From: an uncultured Chloroflexia bacterium
Lineage (GTDB): Bacteria > Chloroflexota > Limnocylindria > Limnocylindrales > CSP1-4
Direction: 5' to 3'
Length of the DNA: 64,000 nt
Assembly (NCBI GenBank): GCA_963713095.1
Contig: CAVQKK010000009.1
Coordinates: 196,991-260,990, forward strand
A program made the position numbers and the translations under genes. Every line of letters starts with the position of its first letter. Position 1 is the stretch's first letter. Positions 61,286 through 64,000 of this stretch are shown here, piece after piece. The notes under the pieces were generated by a model, which ran no database searches, had not been told where the DNA came from, and saw only the letters and a program-made list of their open reading frames with translations.

Positions 61286-62737
61286 CTAACCGAGAGCGCG
61301 CAGCGCCGCGCGCGCCGCGTGGAACCCACTCATTCCGTGGACGCCGCCGCCCGGTGGCGTCGACGAGGAGCAGAGATAGAGTCCCGGGTCCGGCGTCGTG
61401 TACGGGTTCCAGCGCATGACCGGGCGGAACAGCAGTTGACGCACGTCCTGGACCCCGCCGTTGATGTCGCCGCCAACGTAGTTCCCGTCGTACGCCTCCA
61501 TCTCGGTGGCGTTCCGGGTCGCCCGCCCCAGGATCCGGTCCCGGAACCCGGGCGCGAACCGCTCCACCCGCGACTCGATCGCGGTCGTCATGTCCTCGTC
61601 CGACCCGTGGGGGACGTGGCAGTACGCCCAGCCGACGTGCTTGCCCGCCGGAGCCCGCGACGGATCGGCAAGCGTGGGCTGGACCAGAAGGACGAACGGT
61701 CGATCGGCAACGCGGCCCCGAGTGACCGTGTCCTCGCCGCTTGCGACCTCGGTCATCGTGCCGCCGATATGGACCGTCGCCGCCCGCGCCGTCCCCGCGT
61801 CTAGCCACGGGATCGGCCCGTCGAGCGCCCAGTCGACCTTGAACACCCCGGGCCCGTACCGATAGCGGCCGAGCGCGTCCCGGTAGCGGTCAGGCAGGCG
61901 CTCGCCGGCGATCTCCACGACCTGTCGCGGCGTCAGGTCCATGAGCACGGCGCGTGCCGGGGGCAGCTCCGCCAGCGACCGGACCCTCCGCCCGCTCTCG
62001 ACCTCCACGCCGAGCCCGCGCGCCTCGGCCTCCAGCGCGGCCACGATGCGCCCGCTGCCACCGCGGGCCAGCGGCCAGCCGACCGCGTGGGCGAGCACGC
62101 CCAGCACGATCCCGAACGAGGCCGTCAGCGGCCGGCCGAGCCTGAGCATCGAGTGGGCCGCCATGCCGCTGAACAGGGCACGGGTCCCCGGGTCGCGAAA
62201 CGCCAGCCGGGCGAGGGACGTCGCCGGCAGCAGGGCGGGCAACCCGAACCGGGCCATCAGGATCGGGTGCCGCGGGGGCCGCACCACCGGGCCGAGCAGC
62301 GCCGGCAGCAGGCGCTCCCATTCGCGGACCAGCGGACCGACCAGCCGTTGCCAGGCGGCCGCATCGCGTCCCAGCGATCCAGCGTCGTCGAGCGCGTCGA
62401 GGTCACGCTCCAGGATCACGCTCCGACCCGGAGCGAGCGCGTGGGCCATCGGCGCCTCGGGCTGGACCCACTCGAGGCCGTGGCGCGCCAGGTCGAGCGA
62501 GCGCAGGAACGGCGACGCCAGCGCCAGCGGGTGCACCGCCGAGCACGGATCGTGCACGAAGCCCGGTAGCGTCAGCTCGGCCGAGCGCGACCCGCCGCCG
62601 ACCACATCGGCGGCCTCGTAGATCCGGACGGAGCGCCCGGCCCGGGCGAGCTCGATGGCGGCGGCGAGGCCGTTTGGTCCGCCGCCGACCACGATCGCAT
62701 CGAATGCGCTCTCGTTGCTCCGCGTTCGTCTGCTCAT
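61286..62737 (-). CDS. phytoene desaturase-family FAD/NAD(P)-dependent oxidoreductase (CrtI-like)
   Basis: 'FDAIVVGGGPNGLAAAIELARAGRSVRIYEAADVVGG' is a dinucleotide-binding motif, and the CrtI-family C-terminus is present. Confidence 0.7.
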   Translation of the reverse strand: MSRRTRSNESAFDAIVVGGGPNGLAAAIELARAGRSVRIYEAADVVGGGSRSAELTLPGFVHDPCSAVHPLALASPFLRSLDLARHGLEWVQPEAPMAHALAPGRSVILERDLDALDDAGSLGRDAAAWQRLVGPLVREWERLLPALLGPVVRPPRHPILMARFGLPALLPATSLARLAFRDPGTRALFSGMAAHSMLRLGRPLTASFGIVLGVLAHAVGWPLARGGSGRIVAALEAEARGLGVEVESGRRVRSLAELPPARAVLMDLTPRQVVEIAGERLPDRYRDALGRYRYGPGVFKVDWALDGPIPWLDAGTARAATVHIGGTMTEVASGEDTVTRGRVADRPFVLLVQPTLADPSRAPAGKHVGWAYCHVPHGSDEDMTTAIESRVERFAPGFRDRILGRATRNATEMEAYDGNYVGGDINGGVQDVRQLLFRPVMRWNPYTTPDPGLYLCSSSTPPGGGVHGMSGFHAARAALRALG

Positions 62738-62756
62738 GCCGCCATGGTGATGGCCT

Positions 62757-63509
62757 TCAGCCGGTCGCGCGCCGCCGGCGCACCCAGCGGACGGGCGCCG
62801 TCACCGTACCGACGGCCATGTTGACCGCGGCGCTGTGGCGCAGGTTGCGGACATGGCGCCACTGCCGGCGCTTGTCCACGCACACCTTCTGCGACTCGAC
62901 GACCGGCGCGGCGACACCGAGGGACGCGGCGAGGTTCTCCAAGGTCCGCTCCCAGAACCGGTCGTTGGCGCGGTTCGCGCCGAAGAGGTAGGTAAGCTCG
63001 ATGAACGGGTCGCTGGTGCGCTCGAGCGCCTGCGCCTGGGCGACGGTCGTGTCGCCGTCGCGGTAGGCCGAGAAGGTGATCCAGGCCGACAGCGCGTGCC
63101 CCTCGGGCGTCATGAACGTGAACGACTCGTCGTCGGCGTAGATGACCATGACGCCGGTGGACATCTTGACCGGTGAGCCGGGCACGGGGGCCACCTCGAG
63201 CAGCGCCACCTCGCCCGGCTTGATCCCCGACAGGGGAGCGTAGAAGCGGGCGCCCTTGGGCCAGAACGTTGGAAACCGTTCCTTCCAGAACGCGACCACG
63301 CCCTCGGGGGCCATGTCGACGCCGTCAAGGCGGACCGAGAACGTCTTCTGCCACATCTGGCCGAAGCCCTGGACCGGGCCCGTGACCTTTCGTCCCGTCA
63401 CGGTGTCCATGGCGGCGCCGGTGGCCGTGGTCGAGAGCCGGGCAACCGGCCGCGCCCAGGCATCAGTGTCCTGGCGCTTCGAGGGAGGGGTGGACGGGGA
63501 CGCGGACAT
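62757..63509 (-). CDS. DUF1990 domain protein
   Basis: 'GFGQMWQKTF...' Start at the ATG at 63509, 7 nt after a GGAGG. Confidence 0.55.
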   Translation of the reverse strand: MSASPSTPPSKRQDTDAWARPVARLSTTATGAAMDTVTGRKVTGPVQGFGQMWQKTFSVRLDGVDMAPEGVVAFWKERFPTFWPKGARFYAPLSGIKPGEVALLEVAPVPGSPVKMSTGVMVIYADDESFTFMTPEGHALSAWITFSAYRDGDTTVAQAQALERTSDPFIELTYLFGANRANDRFWERTLENLAASLGVAAPVVESQKVCVDKRRQWRHVRNLRHSAAVNMAVGTVTAPVRWVRRRRATG

Positions 63510-63531
63510 GTCGAACCTCCGATCCTTTGGG

Positions 63532-63873
63532 TCAGGACGAGGCAGCCGCCAGCGCGGCCCGTTCGTCGTCGTGGATGCCAATCGCCTCGTCGAGGCGGGT
63601 CAGGGCCAGGATCTGGCGGTAGTGCTCGGACAGGCCGATCGCATGGAGCTTCTGTCCGCCCCGCTGGGCACGGACGAGCAGCGTAACCAGCAATCCGATG
63701 CCACCGCTGTTCATGTACTCGAGATCGGTGAAGTCGAGGACGATCGAGCGGACGCCCGTGGCGACCTGCCCGTACGCATCCATGAGCGGCGCCTCGCTGG
63801 CCCCGGTGATGTCGCCGTGGACGCGCAGGATCGTCGCGCTCGCGGCGGGGACGATGTCGACGGTGGTGCTCAT
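63532..63873 (-). CDS. STAS domain anti-sigma factor antagonist
   Basis: 'ILRVHGDITGASEAPLMDAY...LDFTDLEYMNSGGIGLLV' matches SpoIIAA-like. Confidence 0.7.
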   Translation of the reverse strand: MSTTVDIVPAASATILRVHGDITGASEAPLMDAYGQVATGVRSIVLDFTDLEYMNSGGIGLLVTLLVRAQRGGQKLHAIGLSEHYRQILALTRLDEAIGIHDDERAALAAASS

Positions 63874-64000
63874 CGGGTCGCTTCCTCCAGCTGGCCGGCC
63901 GCGGGGGACGCGTCGGCAATGGTCAGGTAGTCGGACAGGCGCGTGATCCGGAAGATCTCGAGGTAGTGCTCCGACAGGCCCATGGCGATCACCTCCCGGT
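63870..64000 (-). CDS. second STAS-domain anti-sigma antagonist, 3' fragment; the 5' end lies beyond the window
   Basis: '...REVIAMGLSEHYLEIFRITRLSDYLTIADA' is paralogous to the downstream gene. The stop overlaps its start in an ATGA. Confidence 0.5.
   Translation of the reverse strand, partial: REVIAMGLSEHYLEIFRITRLSDYLTIADASPAAGQLEEATR

Overview
This is a 64-kb window from a high-GC bacterial genome, most likely actinobacterial. That reading rests on the F420-dependent reductase, the CysO-CysM-Mec+ cysteine pathway, glucosyl-3-phosphoglycerate synthase, frequent 4-nt ATGA/GTGA gene overlaps and an apparent lack of T-rich terminators. Most of the window is ordinary chromosomal genes.

The chromosomal genes include:
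- OsmC and DUF302 stress proteins, a DUF59/SufT-like protein, a PduO-type cobalamin adenosyltransferase and a Bax-inhibitor-1 family membrane protein.
- A 1338-aa multi-GAF/GGDEF/GGDEF/EAL signalling protein.
- An F420-dependent reductase followed by a TetR regulator that has a strong palindromic operator upstream.
- Rrf2-sufC-sufS-sufU.
- rhodanese::thiF(moeZ-like)-cysO-cysM-mec.
- xfp-ackA.
- Tandem USP proteins, a nucleoside hydrolase, an ECF sigma/anti-sigma pair, DUF885, an endonuclease-III-like protein, glycerate kinase with a USP-GpgS fusion, a ligase-like protein, tadE/tadE/tadG, galE, the CCA-adding enzyme, an HNH endonuclease, pdxS-pdxT, an R3H-type ATPase, a P-type ATPase, a CrtI-like oxidoreductase, DUF1990 and two STAS anti-sigma antagonists.

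The notable region is a roughly 12.4-kb island at about 9.18-21.57 kb. Its GC content is visibly lower than the flanks and it is bounded by imperfect inverted repeats sharing a TAGTAGT core. Reading left to right it carries:
- A frameshifted TIR-like (COG4271) gene.
- About 3.5 kb of AT-rich, ORF-poor decayed sequence.
- Clear remnants of a family-B DNA polymerase on the minus strand: a YxGG motif, a DFASMYPT motif A and a DTDS motif C.
- IS256-family transposase debris.
- A Cas1 homologue with a C-terminal zinc-ribbon and HTH, which is casposase-like. No cas2 or CRISPR array accompanies it, and it has a single-base frameshift in a G-run.
- Convergent with the Cas1 homologue, a translationally coupled three-gene ABC-3C / Lamassu-like defence module (predicted nuclease-like effector, about 80-aa middle component, SMC-like ABC ATPase) in which the ATPase is also frameshifted.

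I interpret the island as a decayed casposon-like self-synthesizing transposon carrying a defence cargo, which would be unusual in such a genome.

At least ten single-base frameshifts are visible in the window, including in housekeeping genes (moeZ-like, tadE, tadG). Every pseudogene call could therefore reflect assembly indel error rather than real decay. No tRNA, rRNA or CRISPR array was found.
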